DNA of 41,351 nucleotides from Gammaproteobacteria bacterium. Its GTDB lineage: Bacteria > Pseudomonadota > Gammaproteobacteria > Steroidobacterales > JACDCP01. The stretch is taken from positions 1-41,351 of the forward strand of contig JACDCP010000002.1 of assembly GCA_013817465.1 (NCBI GenBank), given 5' to 3'. Positions 28,631-38,376 of this stretch are shown in pieces. A model generated the notes under the pieces. It was not told where the DNA came from, searched no databases, and was given only the letters and a program-made list of their open reading frames with translations. Position 1 is the first letter of the stretch; each line of letters begins with the position of its first letter. A program made the position numbers and the translations under genes.

Positions 28631-29623
28631 ATGCAGCGGTTCAAAGCCTATCGCGTGCACGAGGAGGACGAAGGCCGCAGCGTCGCGAGCTTCGAGAAGC
28701 TGTCGCTGGACGATCTGAGCGCGGGCGAAGTGGTCATCGCCGCAAGTCACTCGAGCGTCAATTACAAGGACGCCCTGGCCGCTACCGGCAGGGGCAAGAT
28801 ACTGCGTCGCTTTCCGCTCATTCCCGGCATCGACGTTTCGGGAAAGGTGCACAGTTCGGAAGACCGGCGTTATTCGCCCGGCGATGCCGTGCTGGTCACG
28901 GGTTGCGGCATCGGCGAGAACAACGACGGCGGCTATGCGGAATATGTTCGCGTGAAAGGCGACTGCGTGATCCCGATCCCGGACGGGCTCGACGAATACG
29001 AGGTCATGTGCCTCGGTACGGCGGGCTTCACCGCGGCGCTTGCGATCGAGAAAATGGAGCATAACGGCCAGGTGCCGGAGCAGGGGCCCGTCGTCGTGAC
29101 AGGCGCCACGGGCGGTGTCGGCAGCTTTGCTGTCGACATGCTCGCCGGGCGGGGCTATGAGGTTGTGGCAGTAACCGGCAAGGCCGATCACACGGATTAT
29201 CTGCAGCGACTGGGTGCCAGACAAGTGCTCATGCGCGACGCTATCGACCTGGGCTCACGGCCTCTCGAAAAGGCGCGCTGGGCAGGTGCCGTCGATCAGG
29301 TCGGCGGCGACATGCTCGCCTGGCTGACCCGTACCACCGGCTGGTGGGGGAACATTGCCAGCATCGGGCTTGCCGGCGGCCATCAGCTCAATACGACCGT
29401 GATGCCGTTCATCCTGCGTGGCGTGAGCCTGCTCGGCATCAACTCGATGGCGACGCCTCGCGCGCAGCGCCTCGCCGTCTGGCGACGCCTTGCGGGCGAT
29501 CTGAAACCGGCGCATCTGGCTACAATCGGCGCTCGCACAATTGCCTTTGACGACCTGCCGGCAGTTTTCGAGGACTACCTGACCGGCGCTGTGGTCGGTC
29601 GCACCGTCGTCAGGATCCGCTGA
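28631..29623 (+). CDS. YhdH/AcuI-family NADPH-dependent oxidoreductase (putative acrylyl-CoA reductase)
   Basis: Start at internal Met MQRFKAY.... [24 protein letters not shown] and the Rossmann motif [12 protein letters not shown] match the YhdH/YhfP MDR subgroup. It ends 1 nt before prpB. Confidence 0.8.
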   Translation: MQRFKAYRVHEEDEGRSVASFEKLSLDDLSAGEVVIAASHSSVNYKDALAATGRGKILRRFPLIPGIDVSGKVHSSEDRRYSPGDAVLVTGCGIGENNDGGYAEYVRVKGDCVIPIPDGLDEYEVMCLGTAGFTAALAIEKMEHNGQVPEQGPVVVTGATGGVGSFAVDMLAGRGYEVVAVTGKADHTDYLQRLGARQVLMRDAIDLGSRPLEKARWAGAVDQVGGDMLAWLTRTTGWWGNIASIGLAGGHQLNTTVMPFILRGVSLLGINSMATPRAQRLAVWRRLAGDLKPAHLATIGARTIAFDDLPAVFEDYLTGAVVGRTVVRIR

Positions 29624-29624
29624 C

Positions 29625-30515
29625 ATGCGTACCGAACGCTCATCCGGCCTCCGGGATGCCCTCGAAGCGGAGAGGCCTTTGCAGGTTGTCGGGACCATCA
29701 ACGCCTATAGCGCCCTGCTCGCCGAACGCGCGGGCTTCCGCGCGATCTATCTGTCCGGCGCCGGTGTGGCGAATGCTTCGTTCGGCTTGCCGGATCTGGG
29801 GTTGACCACGCTCGACGATGTCTGCGAGGACGTGCGCCGCATCACCGGCGCCTGCGAGCTTTCCCTGCTGGTCGATGCCGACACCGGCTGGGGCGGCGCA
29901 TTCATGATCGCGCGCACCATTCGCGAGCTGGCGCGCGCGGGCGCAGCCGGCTGCCACATCGAGGATCAGGTGCAGGCCAAGCGCTGCGGGCACCGGCCCG
30001 GCAAGTCGCTGGTGCCGGCCGGAGAGATGTGCGATCGCATCAAGGCGGCAGTCGATGGCCGCCACTACCCGGGATTCGTCATCATGGCGCGCACCGATGC
30101 GCACGCGGTCGAAGGCCAGGACGCGGCGCTCGAGCGGGCGCAGGCTTACGTGGAAGCCGGCGCCGACATGATTTTTGCGGAGGCGCTGACCACCCTGGCC
30201 GAATACCGCCAGTTCACCGCGGGCGTCGACGTGCCGGTGCTCGCCAACATTACGGAGTTCGGCAAGACGCCGCTGTTCACTCTGGACGAGCTGGGAGCCG
30301 CCGGCGTGTCGCTGGCGCTTTATCCGCTGTCGGCGTTTCGGGCGATGAGTGCGGCAGCGATCCGGGTCTACGCGGAGCTGCGCAGCGCCGGAACGCAACG
30401 GACGCTGCTCGAGGACATGCAGACGCGCGCGGAGCTGTACGAGACGCTCGGCTACGATGCATACGAGCGAAAGCTGGACGAACTGTTCGACAGAGGAAAA
30501 TGGGGACATTCCTGA
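29625..30515 (+). CDS. prpB: 2-methylisocitrate lyase
   Basis: [33 protein letters not shown], and [15 protein letters not shown] (the KRCGH active-site loop). The last 6 codons and the stop are encoded by the left arm of the 84-bp inverted-repeat element. Confidence 0.92.
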   Translation: MRTERSSGLRDALEAERPLQVVGTINAYSALLAERAGFRAIYLSGAGVANASFGLPDLGLTTLDDVCEDVRRITGACELSLLVDADTGWGGAFMIARTIRELARAGAAGCHIEDQVQAKRCGHRPGKSLVPAGEMCDRIKAAVDGRHYPGFVIMARTDAHAVEGQDAALERAQAYVEAGADMIFAEALTTLAEYRQFTAGVDVPVLANITEFGKTPLFTLDELGAAGVSLALYPLSAFRAMSAAAIRVYAELRSAGTQRTLLEDMQTRAELYETLGYDAYERKLDELFDRGKWGHS

Positions 30516-30579
30516 TTTTTCGGGCAGACCGATCTGTAGAAACAGTTGTTTCGGAAAAATCAGGAATGTCCCCATTTTC
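30496..30579. repeat. 84-bp palindromic element (26-bp perfect inverted arms, 32-nt centre), MITE/REP-like or strong RNA hairpin
   Basis: GAAAATGGGGACATTCCTGATTTTTC (30496..30521) is the exact reverse complement of GAAAAATCAGGAATGTCCCCATTTTC (30554..30579). The centre contains a nested GAAAC-agtt-GTTTC hairpin. This is the only copy in the window. Confidence 0.85.
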
Positions 30580-30613
30580 ATTGCGGTAGAAACCGGCCCT
30601 GCGGGAGAGGACG

Positions 30614-31735
30614 ATGAGCGAGAAGAAGACGGGCGGCCTCGCCGGCGTGACAGCCGGCGAAACGGCGATCTGCACGGTCGGCAAGGAGGGCGCCGGCCTG
30701 ACTTATCGCGGATACGATATCGGCGATCTCGCCGAACAGGGCAGCTTCGAGGAGATCGCGCACCTTCTGCACTATGGCGAGCTGCCGACGCGCGACGAGC
30801 TCGATGCGTACAGGCAGCGCCTGAAAGGTATGCGCGGGCTGCCGGAGGTGCTCACCGACACCCTGGAGCGCATCCCGGCGAGCACGCACCCGATGGATGT
30901 GTTGCGTACCGGCTGTTCCCTGCTCGGCAATGTCGAGCCCGAAGGCGATTTCTCACGCGAGCGCGACGTGGCGGACCGTCTGCTCGCGGTGTTCCCGTCC
31001 ATGCTGCTTTACTGGCACCGTTATCACACCGATGATATCCGCATTGGCGTCGAGACCGACGACGACACCATCGCCGGGCACTTTCTGCGCCTGCTGCACG
31101 GGAAAAGGCCGAGCGAGCTGCATCGGCGCACCCTCGACACGTCGCTGATCCTGTACGCCGAGCACGAATTCAACGCGTCGACTTTCACCGCCCGGGTCAT
31201 CACGGCAACGCTTTCGGATTTCCATTCGGCGATCACCGGCGCGATCGGCGCGTTGCGCGGCCCGCTGCACGGCGGCGCAAACGAGGCCGCAATGGCGCTC
31301 ATCGAGCGCTTCAGCTCGCCGGAGGAGGCGCGCAAGGGCACCCACGAGGCGCTGGCGAAAAAAGCGAAAATCATGGGTTTCGGCCACCGCGTATACACGA
31401 CTTCGGATCCGCGCAACGCCTACAACAAGAAAATGTCCAGGCGGCTGGCGGAGGAAACCGGCGACGAACGCCTGTATGCGGTCAGCGAAGCCATCGAATC
31501 GGTCATGTGGGAGGAGAAGAAGCTGTTTGCGAATGCCGATTTCTATTCCGCGAGCGCCTACCATTTCATGGGCATTCCGACTTATCTCTTCACGCCGATT
31601 TTCGTCTGTTCGCGCATCACCGGCTGGGCGGCGCACGTCATGGAGCAGCGCGCGAACAACCGTCTGATCCGGCCTGCCGCCGATTACACCGGCCCGGCGC
31701 TGCGCCCCTGGGTGCCGCTGGATAAGCGGACCTGA
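30614..31735 (+). CDS. prpC: 2-methylcitrate synthase
   Basis: Citrate-synthase family: GLAGV.AGETAI, YRGY.I.DLA, LILYAEHEFNAST, GALRGPLHGGANE, GFGHRVY and a typical 373-aa length, located between prpB and prpD. Confidence 0.92.
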   Translation: MSEKKTGGLAGVTAGETAICTVGKEGAGLTYRGYDIGDLAEQGSFEEIAHLLHYGELPTRDELDAYRQRLKGMRGLPEVLTDTLERIPASTHPMDVLRTGCSLLGNVEPEGDFSRERDVADRLLAVFPSMLLYWHRYHTDDIRIGVETDDDTIAGHFLRLLHGKRPSELHRRTLDTSLILYAEHEFNASTFTARVITATLSDFHSAITGAIGALRGPLHGGANEAAMALIERFSSPEEARKGTHEALAKKAKIMGFGHRVYTTSDPRNAYNKKMSRRLAEETGDERLYAVSEAIESVMWEEKKLFANADFYSASAYHFMGIPTYLFTPIFVCSRITGWAAHVMEQRANNRLIRPAADYTGPALRPWVPLDKRT

Positions 31736-31738
31736 CGC

Positions 31739-33223
31739 ATGGCCAAAAAAAAGCCGGCAAGGGCCTGGACCAGGAAAGGCGATATCCGCTCGGCAAAGCG
31801 TCCCGAGCCGGACAAGGCGCTGGCCGATATCGCCGATTACGTCACGGCGTATTACATCAACAGTGACGCGGCGTACGAGACTGCCCGCCATTGCCTCATG
31901 GATACGCTGGCCTGCGGCTTTCAGGCGCTTGCGTACCCGGCCTGCACCAGGCTGCTGGGACCGGTCGTGCCGGGTGCCACATTACCCGGCGGCGCGCGCG
32001 TGCCGGGAACAGCCTACGAGCTCGAACCCGTGCAGGCGGCCTTCAATATCGGCACGCTGGTGCGCTGGCTGGATTTCAACGACACCTGGCTCGCTGCCGA
32101 ATGGGGCCATCCGTCCGACAATCTCGGCGCCATTCTGGCCGTCGCCGACTACCTGAGCCGCCGGCGCACTGCAGAGGGTGACGAACCGCTGAAAGCGCGT
32201 GACCTCCTGACGGCCATGATCAAGGCGCACGAAATCCAGGGCGTTCTCGCACTCGAGAACAGTTTCAACCGCGTCGGCCTCGATCATGTGCTGCTGGTGC
32301 GCGTCGCTTCGACGGCAGTGGCCACGCATATGTTCGGCGGCTCGCGCGAGCAGATCGTCAACGCCATCTCGAACGCATGGATCGACGGCGGCGCGCTGCG
32401 CACCTATCGGCACGCGCCGAACGCCGGCTCGCGCAAGAGCTGGGCGGCCGGCGATGCGACCAGCCGCGCAGTCCGCCTGGCGCTGATCAGCCTGACCGGG
32501 GAGATGGGCTATCCGTCCGCGCTGAGCGCAAAGACCTGGGGCTTCTATGATGTGCTGTTCAAGGGCAAGCCGTTCAGTTTTCCCCAGGGCTACGGCAGCT
32601 ATGTCATGGAAAACGTGCTGTTCAAGATTTCCTATCCGGCCGAGTTTCACGCCCAGACGGCCGTCGAGGCCGCCATGGCGCTGCACGATAGTGTTCGCGA
32701 GCGCATCGACGACATCCGCGAAGTGATCATCGAAACGCAGGAGCCGGGCGTACGCATCATCGACAAGACCGGTCCGCTCGCCAATCCGGCCGACCGCGAT
32801 CACTGCATACAATACATGGTAGCCGTCCCGCTGATCTTCGGCCGCCTGACCGCGGAGAATTACGAGGATGCGATCGCGGCGGATCCGCGCATCGATACGC
32901 TGCGGGCGAAAATGACCGTCAAGGAGAATAGTGCATTCACCCGCGACTACTACGATGCCGGGAAGCGCTACATAGGCAATGCCCTGCAGGTATTCTTTGC
33001 GGACGGCTCATCGACAGAGCGCGTCGCGGTGGACTTTCCGATCGGTCATCGCAAGCGCCGCGCTGAAGGCATTCCGGTGCTCGTGAAAAAGTTCGAGGCG
33101 AGCATCGCAGGCAAGCTCAAGGACCGACAGTGCACGGCACTCATGGAAGTGTTCGCCGATCAGGAACGTCTCGAGGCCATGCCCGTCCACGAGCTGATGG
33201 CGATGCTGGTAACGCCAGCATGA
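31739..33223 (+). CDS. prpD: 2-methylcitrate dehydratase
   Basis: Colinear with E. coli PrpD as I recall it: [95 protein letters not shown]. Confidence 0.92.
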   Translation: MAKKKPARAWTRKGDIRSAKRPEPDKALADIADYVTAYYINSDAAYETARHCLMDTLACGFQALAYPACTRLLGPVVPGATLPGGARVPGTAYELEPVQAAFNIGTLVRWLDFNDTWLAAEWGHPSDNLGAILAVADYLSRRRTAEGDEPLKARDLLTAMIKAHEIQGVLALENSFNRVGLDHVLLVRVASTAVATHMFGGSREQIVNAISNAWIDGGALRTYRHAPNAGSRKSWAAGDATSRAVRLALISLTGEMGYPSALSAKTWGFYDVLFKGKPFSFPQGYGSYVMENVLFKISYPAEFHAQTAVEAAMALHDSVRERIDDIREVIIETQEPGVRIIDKTGPLANPADRDHCIQYMVAVPLIFGRLTAENYEDAIAADPRIDTLRAKMTVKENSAFTRDYYDAGKRYIGNALQVFFADGSSTERVAVDFPIGHRKRRAEGIPVLVKKFEASIAGKLKDRQCTALMEVFADQERLEAMPVHELMAMLVTPA

Positions 33224-33244
33224 CTTGCGGAATGTTTCGTTGAT

Positions 33245-33271
33245 TCGTCGCACCGGCGAAAGCCGGTGTCC
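33245..33271 (+). repeat. 27-nt hairpin element, copy 2 (7-bp perfect stem, GAAA loop)
   Basis: TCGTCGCACCGGCGAAAGCCGGTGTCC lies 21 nt after the prpD stop. It differs from copy 1 only at the two stem positions where copy 1 has G-T wobbles. Confidence 0.65.
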
Positions 33272-33370
33272 AGGTTCTTGAATAAACGGGGGCACTCCGA
33301 TTTTGAGGGCGCCCGGAGGGAAACAGCGATCCGCGGAACAGAGTCAGACCCCATTTATTCTTCTTCTTCC

Positions 33371-33991
33371 ATGCAACTGGTCGAAGGCGCTGCGGCGCTC
33401 GGCGTGCAGCTCGACGAACCCCGGGTGCAGCGGCTGCTCGCTTATGTCGATACGCTCGTAACATGGAACAGGGCCTGGAACCTGACCGCCATCCGCGACC
33501 CGCAGGACATGCTGCCGCGCCATTTGCTCGACAGTCTGTCGGTGGCATCTTATCTGGCCGGCGAGTCTGTCGTGGACGTGGGCACGGGCGCCGGACTCCC
33601 GGGCATTCCGCTGGCCATCGCCGATCCGGCGCGCCGGTTCATGCTGATCGACGCCAATGGCAAGAAAGTCCGCTTCGTCACTCATGTGATCGGGCGGCTC
33701 GGCGTAGGCAATGCGGCGGTCGAGCAGATCCGCATCGAGCACTATCGCCCGGAGCAGGGCTTTGATACGGTGCTGTGCAGGGCTTTTTCCACGCTCGCGA
33801 ATCTGTTGCAGTCAGCCGGCCACCTCTGCGCCCCGGGCGGCCGCGTCATCGCCATGAAGGGCATGCGGCCGCAGGCAGAAATCGACGCGCTGCCCGATGG
33901 CTGGCGGCTGGTCGCCGTAAGCCGCGTCCAGGTGCCGGGGATCGATCGGGAGCGCCATATCGTGGAGATCGCGCGCCTGACAGGTCGTTAA
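33371..33991 (+). CDS. rsmG: 16S rRNA (guanine527-N7)-methyltransferase RsmG (GidB)
   Basis: Start at internal Met MQLVEGA.... WN..WNLTAIRDP......HLLDSL, the SAM motif VVDVGTGAGLPGIPLAI, and RAF plus KG blocks. 206 aa. Confidence 0.9.
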   Translation: MQLVEGAAALGVQLDEPRVQRLLAYVDTLVTWNRAWNLTAIRDPQDMLPRHLLDSLSVASYLAGESVVDVGTGAGLPGIPLAIADPARRFMLIDANGKKVRFVTHVIGRLGVGNAAVEQIRIEHYRPEQGFDTVLCRAFSTLANLLQSAGHLCAPGGRVIAMKGMRPQAEIDALPDGWRLVAVSRVQVPGIDRERHIVEIARLTGR

Positions 33992-34037
33992 AGAACCCGG
34001 TTTTCAGCGGCCTGTTGCCTGCTCGAGAGGAACTGAG

Positions 34038-34892
34038 ATGGGCTCCCGAATCATCGCGGTGGCGAACCAGAAAGGGGGTGTCGGCAAGACCACCACCTGC
34101 GTCAATCTGGCTGCCTCTCTTTCCGCCACGCGCCGTCGCGTGTTGCTCGTCGACATGGATCCGCAGGGCAACGCGACCATGGGCTGCGGCGTGGACAAGC
34201 ATGCGCTCGAACATTCCGCCTGCAATGTCATCCTCGGCGAAACCGGCGCGGGCAACGCCATCGTCCCGGTCGAGCAGGGCGGCTTCTGGCTGCTGCCTGG
34301 AAACGACGATCTGACCGCGGCGGAAGTGCAGCTCGTCAATGAGATCGGCCGGGAGATGCGCCTGCGCAAGGCGCTGGAAAGCGTGCGGCGGGGCTATGAC
34401 TACGTGATCATCGACTGTCCGCCGTCGATCAACATGCTGACCATCAACGCGCTCACGGCTGCCGACGGCGTGTTGATACCGATGCAGTGCGAGTATTACG
34501 CGCTGGAGGGGCTTTCGTCGCTCAAGAATACCGTGGACAAGATCCGCGAGACCGTCAACCCCCGGCTGGAGATCGAGGGCCTGCTGCGCACCATGTACGA
34601 CCCGCGCAACAACCTGTCGAACGAAGTATCCGCACAGCTCATCCTGCACTTTCGCGACAAAGTGTTTCGCACGGTCATTCCGCGCAACGTGCGCCTCGCC
34701 GAGGCGCCGAGCTTTGGCGTGCCGGTGCTGTTGCACGATCGCAATTCGCGCGGCGCGCTCGCCTATCTGGCGCTCGCCGGTGAAATGATCCGCCGCGATG
34801 AGGTGGTGGATGCTTTCGTCAATGACAGCGGTAACGGGGCGACCGATGCGGAGGCGGTTTCAACCGGCCAGGAGCACGCACTGGAATCATGA
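34038..34892 (+). CDS. parA: chromosome partitioning ATPase ParA (Soj)
   Basis: Deviant Walker A IIAVANQKGGVGKTTT, DMDPQGNAT and YDYVIIDCPPS. Located between rsmG and parB. Confidence 0.9.
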   Translation: MGSRIIAVANQKGGVGKTTTCVNLAASLSATRRRVLLVDMDPQGNATMGCGVDKHALEHSACNVILGETGAGNAIVPVEQGGFWLLPGNDDLTAAEVQLVNEIGREMRLRKALESVRRGYDYVIIDCPPSINMLTINALTAADGVLIPMQCEYYALEGLSSLKNTVDKIRETVNPRLEIEGLLRTMYDPRNNLSNEVSAQLILHFRDKVFRTVIPRNVRLAEAPSFGVPVLLHDRNSRGALAYLALAGEMIRRDEVVDAFVNDSGNGATDAEAVSTGQEHALES

Positions 34893-34950
34893 GCAAGACC
34901 CTGCCCTGCTACAATCGCCGGCGTACCACCGGCGGGGCGAGCGCATAAGC

Positions 34951-35832
34951 ATGTCAGTCAAGCGAAAAGGTCTCGGGCGCGGCCTCGACGCGCTGCTCGG
35001 GCCCACCGCCCAGGAAGCGCCGGCGGATATTCTGCGCAACCTGCCTGTCGATCTGCTGCAGCGCGCGCGCTACCAGCCGCGCCAGGATATGCGTCCCGAG
35101 AGCCTCAAGGATCTCGCCGATTCGATTCGAGCCCAGGGTGTGGTGCAACCGATCGTCGTGCGCCCTCTCGGCGTGAGCCACGATGCCGCAGGCGCATCGC
35201 GATACGAGATCATTGCCGGCGAACGGCGCTGGCGCGCGGCGCAGATGGCAGGCCTGACCGACATTCCGGCCGTGATCCGGGATGTCCCCGACAAGTCGGC
35301 CGTCGCGATGGCGCTCATCGAGAACATCCAGCGCGAAAATCTGAACCCGCTCGAGGAAGCACGGGCCCTCGATCGCCTCATCAACGAGTTCGACATGACC
35401 CACCAGCAGGCGGCGGAAGCCGTCGGGCGCTCGCGCGCAGCGGTCAGCAATCTGCTGCGCCTGCTCGACCTCGGCGACGAGGTGAAGGCGATGGTCGAAG
35501 CGCGCGAGCTCGAGATGGGCCATGCTCGCGCCCTGCTCGGATTGCCGACGCGCAAGCAGCAGCTCGAGGTCGGCAAGCTGGTGGCGAAGAAGGGACTGTC
35601 GGTGCGCGAGACCGAGCAGCTCGTCAAACGACTGCTGCGCAGCGGCGAGGAGGCGAAGCCCCATGCGGCCGCGGACGCTGTCGATCCCGACGTCCGCCGT
35701 CTCGAAACCGAGTTGTCGGAAAAACTGGGCACGCAGGTCAGCCTGAAGCATACGACCCGCGGCAAGGGTAAGCTCGTCGTGCCCTACAACAGCCTCGACG
35801 AGCTGGACGGCATCCTCGCCCATATCAGGTAG
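34951..35832 (+). CDS. parB: chromosome partitioning protein ParB (Spo0J)
   Basis: Start MSVKRKGLGRGLDALLG. PRQ......L..LA.SI...G..QPI.VR, the GERRWRAA box, ENIQRENLNPLEEA, and the HTH THQQAAEAVGRSRAAVSNLLRLL. Confidence 0.9.
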   Translation: MSVKRKGLGRGLDALLGPTAQEAPADILRNLPVDLLQRARYQPRQDMRPESLKDLADSIRAQGVVQPIVVRPLGVSHDAAGASRYEIIAGERRWRAAQMAGLTDIPAVIRDVPDKSAVAMALIENIQRENLNPLEEARALDRLINEFDMTHQQAAEAVGRSRAAVSNLLRLLDLGDEVKAMVEARELEMGHARALLGLPTRKQQLEVGKLVAKKGLSVRETEQLVKRLLRSGEEAKPHAAADAVDPDVRRLETELSEKLGTQVSLKHTTRGKGKLVVPYNSLDELDGILAHIR

Positions 35833-36140
35833 GTCTCACCAGCGAGATTTTCCACGCTGCGGGAAGCGACCGCGACGGCCAAGGTGTTTTCCGACAGTTC
35901 GCCCTGGCTAGGAAGCTGGGCGGGTACTGGGGCTTCGGTAAATCGGTAAGTGAACAAGCCGACCGATCTACTGAGGAGAGAACAACCCGATGACCGCAAA
36001 AGAGGTATCGAGCACAACCTCTCGGTGCTGCAATTGGCCGAAAGAACTCGGCGTTCTCAGAGAATACTAGAAACCTGATAGGGGAGTCCGAACCTAAACA
36101 TTCAGCGGTTTGCGCGATGGCTTTCTCGCTTGTCAGGCTC

Positions 36141-36281
36141 TTGAAATAATCGAGATATATATAATTATATATCATATCAAATTGCTTATATAGTAGCGCA
36201 GATCAGTTCGCTGCCGATCGCTCTTTCTCATCGATATATTTCTATGTATCATCTAACCTGTTTGATTTAGAATGCCAGATC
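36141..36281 (+). promoter_or_regulatory. AT-rich hipB upstream region with palindromes (candidate promoter/operators)
   Basis: A stretch of roughly one-third G+C by eye in an otherwise G+C-rich window. GATATATA-taat-TATATATC (36154..36173). GATA-N10-TATC (36233..36250). TAGAAT -10-like hexamer at 36268..36273, only 8 nt before the hipB ATG, with no Shine-Dalgarno. Confidence 0.5.
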
Positions 36282-36884
36282 ATGCGTTACGCGACCGACT
36301 ATATTGCCACAAGGCTCAGGAATGCCCGGGACGCCAAGGGGCTGAGCCAGCGCGCGCTGAGCGAGCTTGCGGGCGTCCCGCAGGGCCATATCTCAAAGAT
36401 CGAGAACGGGGTTGTCGACCTGCGCGTCTCCAGCCTGGTCGAGCTCGCCCGCGTGCTTGATCTCGAACTTATGCTCGTGCCGCGTAAGAGCCTTCCGGCC
36501 GTGAGTGCCATCACGCGCAGCACCGAAGGGATGCCGCGCCGGCTTGGTGACACCGCCGCCACGCGCAAGGAACTCAACCGTTTGCAGAACAACCTTGGCA
36601 AGGTCCTGCATAAATATCCGGCCAACATTGAGCTGGCGCAGTCTCAGCGCTTTGTGCGCGATCTGAAGAATTTCCGGTTCAGCGCGATAGACCTCGACAA
36701 GCTGCGTGATGCGAACAGGGCCGTTGACATGTTCATAGAAACTGAAGATGCCGAGGGTCTCCACCGCACGCTGATTGAAGTCAAGAACATGCGCAACGCC
36801 GCCGCACACAGCACGGCCGCCTCCATGCCCGAAGATGCCGTGCGCCCGGCTTACTCCTTGGAGGAGGACGGCCATGGCGACTAA
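36282..36884 (+). CDS. hipB: XRE-family HTH antitoxin (HipB-like) with ~130-aa C-terminal helical extension
   Basis: N-terminus IATRLRNARDAKGLSQRALSELAGVPQGHISKIENGVVDLRVSSLVELARVLDLEL is a Cro/C1-type HTH. It overlaps the hipA start by 11 nt. The total length of 200 aa is about twice a canonical HipB. Confidence 0.8.
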   Translation: MRYATDYIATRLRNARDAKGLSQRALSELAGVPQGHISKIENGVVDLRVSSLVELARVLDLELMLVPRKSLPAVSAITRSTEGMPRRLGDTAATRKELNRLQNNLGKVLHKYPANIELAQSQRFVRDLKNFRFSAIDLDKLRDANRAVDMFIETEDAEGLHRTLIEVKNMRNAAAHSTAASMPEDAVRPAYSLEEDGHGD

Positions 36885-38115
36885 TGTCTCGGTCCTCAAT
36901 GTCCTGCTCTATGGCAAGTCGGTCGGCACTCTGACGCGCGTTGAAGGCGACCGCACGCTGTTCGCCTTTAATGAGGACTATTTTGCCGATGAGAACCGGC
37001 CAACGCTGAGCCTTGGCTTCAAGGACAATCTCGGCAACTTGATGACAGAGTTCAATCCTGTCCAGACGCGCGTCATGCCGTTCTTCTCCAACCTGCTGCC
37101 GGAAGGGCGCCTGCGCACCTATCTCGCGGAGCGCGCGGGCGTCAATCCTGAGCGTGAATTCTTCCTGCTCTGGGTGCTTGGCAAGGACCTGCCTGGCGCG
37201 GTCACGATTGAATCCGCCGACCGCGAGGCGTGGCCACCCGACGTCAATGAAGCGCCCGAAAGCGTCCAAGAAGACGTGCGCGAGAACGCGCTGCGCTTTT
37301 CGCTTGCCGGTGTACAGCTCAAGTTTTCTGCGGTTGAGGATGCCCGCAAGGGACTCACCATTCCCGCCAAGGGGATCGGCGGGTCGTGGATCGTCAAACT
37401 GCCCTCGCGCGAGTTTGAAGGCGTGCCCGAGAATGAATATTCGATGATGATGCTCGCGCGTCTCGCTGGCATGGACGTGCCCGCGATCAGGCTTGTCGAT
37501 GTCGATGCCATTGGAAACCTTCCCAAAGGCGTTGAAACGCTCAAGGGGCAGGCGCTTGCGATCGAGCGCTTTGACCGGTTCGCCGACGGGACGCCGGTGC
37601 ATATCGAGGATTTCGCGCAAATCTTCCGCGTCTATCAGGCCGACAAGTACGGCAAGGCGAGCGCGATGAACATCGCCACTATCATCGGTGCGGAAGGTGG
37701 GGGCGAGGATATCGGCGAGTTCATCCGCCGCCTGACTTTCAATACGCTCATCGGCAATGCCGACATGCACCTCAAGAACTGGTCGATGATCTATCCGGAC
37801 AGGCGCAATGCCGCGCTTGCGCCTGCCTATGATTTTGTTTCGACGATCCTCTATATACCGGATGAATCGGCGGCCCTGAAAGTCAGCCGTTCAAAGCGCT
37901 TTGATGAGTTCTCGGAAGATGAGCTCGCGCACATGGCCGCGCGGGCACGCTTGCCCGAGAAGATCGTGCTCGATGCCGCCCGTGAAACGGCCGCGCTCTT
38001 TCACGAGCACTGGCAAGCGGAGAAGAAAAACCTGCCACTGTCAGCGGCAGTCATCGATGCCGTTGAGGCTCACGTCAAGACGATCCCGCTGGGCAAGGCG
38101 GCCAGGGCGGCGTAA
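36874..38115 (+). CDS. hipA: HipA-family serine/threonine kinase toxin
   Basis: ATG 36874 preceded by GGAGGAGGA. N-terminal HipA-coupling domain (VLNVLLYGKSVGTL...F.F...Y), FFSNLLPEG, FSLAGVQLKFS (P-loop-like segment with candidate autophosphorylation Ser), catalytic GNADMHLKNWS, and APAYDFVST. Confidence 0.88.
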   Translation: MATNVSVLNVLLYGKSVGTLTRVEGDRTLFAFNEDYFADENRPTLSLGFKDNLGNLMTEFNPVQTRVMPFFSNLLPEGRLRTYLAERAGVNPEREFFLLWVLGKDLPGAVTIESADREAWPPDVNEAPESVQEDVRENALRFSLAGVQLKFSAVEDARKGLTIPAKGIGGSWIVKLPSREFEGVPENEYSMMMLARLAGMDVPAIRLVDVDAIGNLPKGVETLKGQALAIERFDRFADGTPVHIEDFAQIFRVYQADKYGKASAMNIATIIGAEGGGEDIGEFIRRLTFNTLIGNADMHLKNWSMIYPDRRNAALAPAYDFVSTILYIPDESAALKVSRSKRFDEFSEDELAHMAARARLPEKIVLDAARETAALFHEHWQAEKKNLPLSAAVIDAVEAHVKTIPLGKAARAA

Positions 38116-38376
38116 AGAGTTGCTTCGTTTGGGGCGGGGCGACCGAGTTCGCGGTATTTTCCTACGAGGAAGCGGCCGCGCTTACTTCAAGAGCGCTAAT
38201 GCATCGAGCGGTGGCGGTGCAGCGGATCGAGCTGTACAGATCGAAGGCGTTCCCTGGTCACGTGTGTCGGAGTCTGACGGACGCATCAGATTTTGATCTC
38301 CTGTCGATCTTCAGATTCCTGCTTCGACTAATGGACAGCTACTTTCAATTAACCCGTTCGACAGAGGAGATTGACA

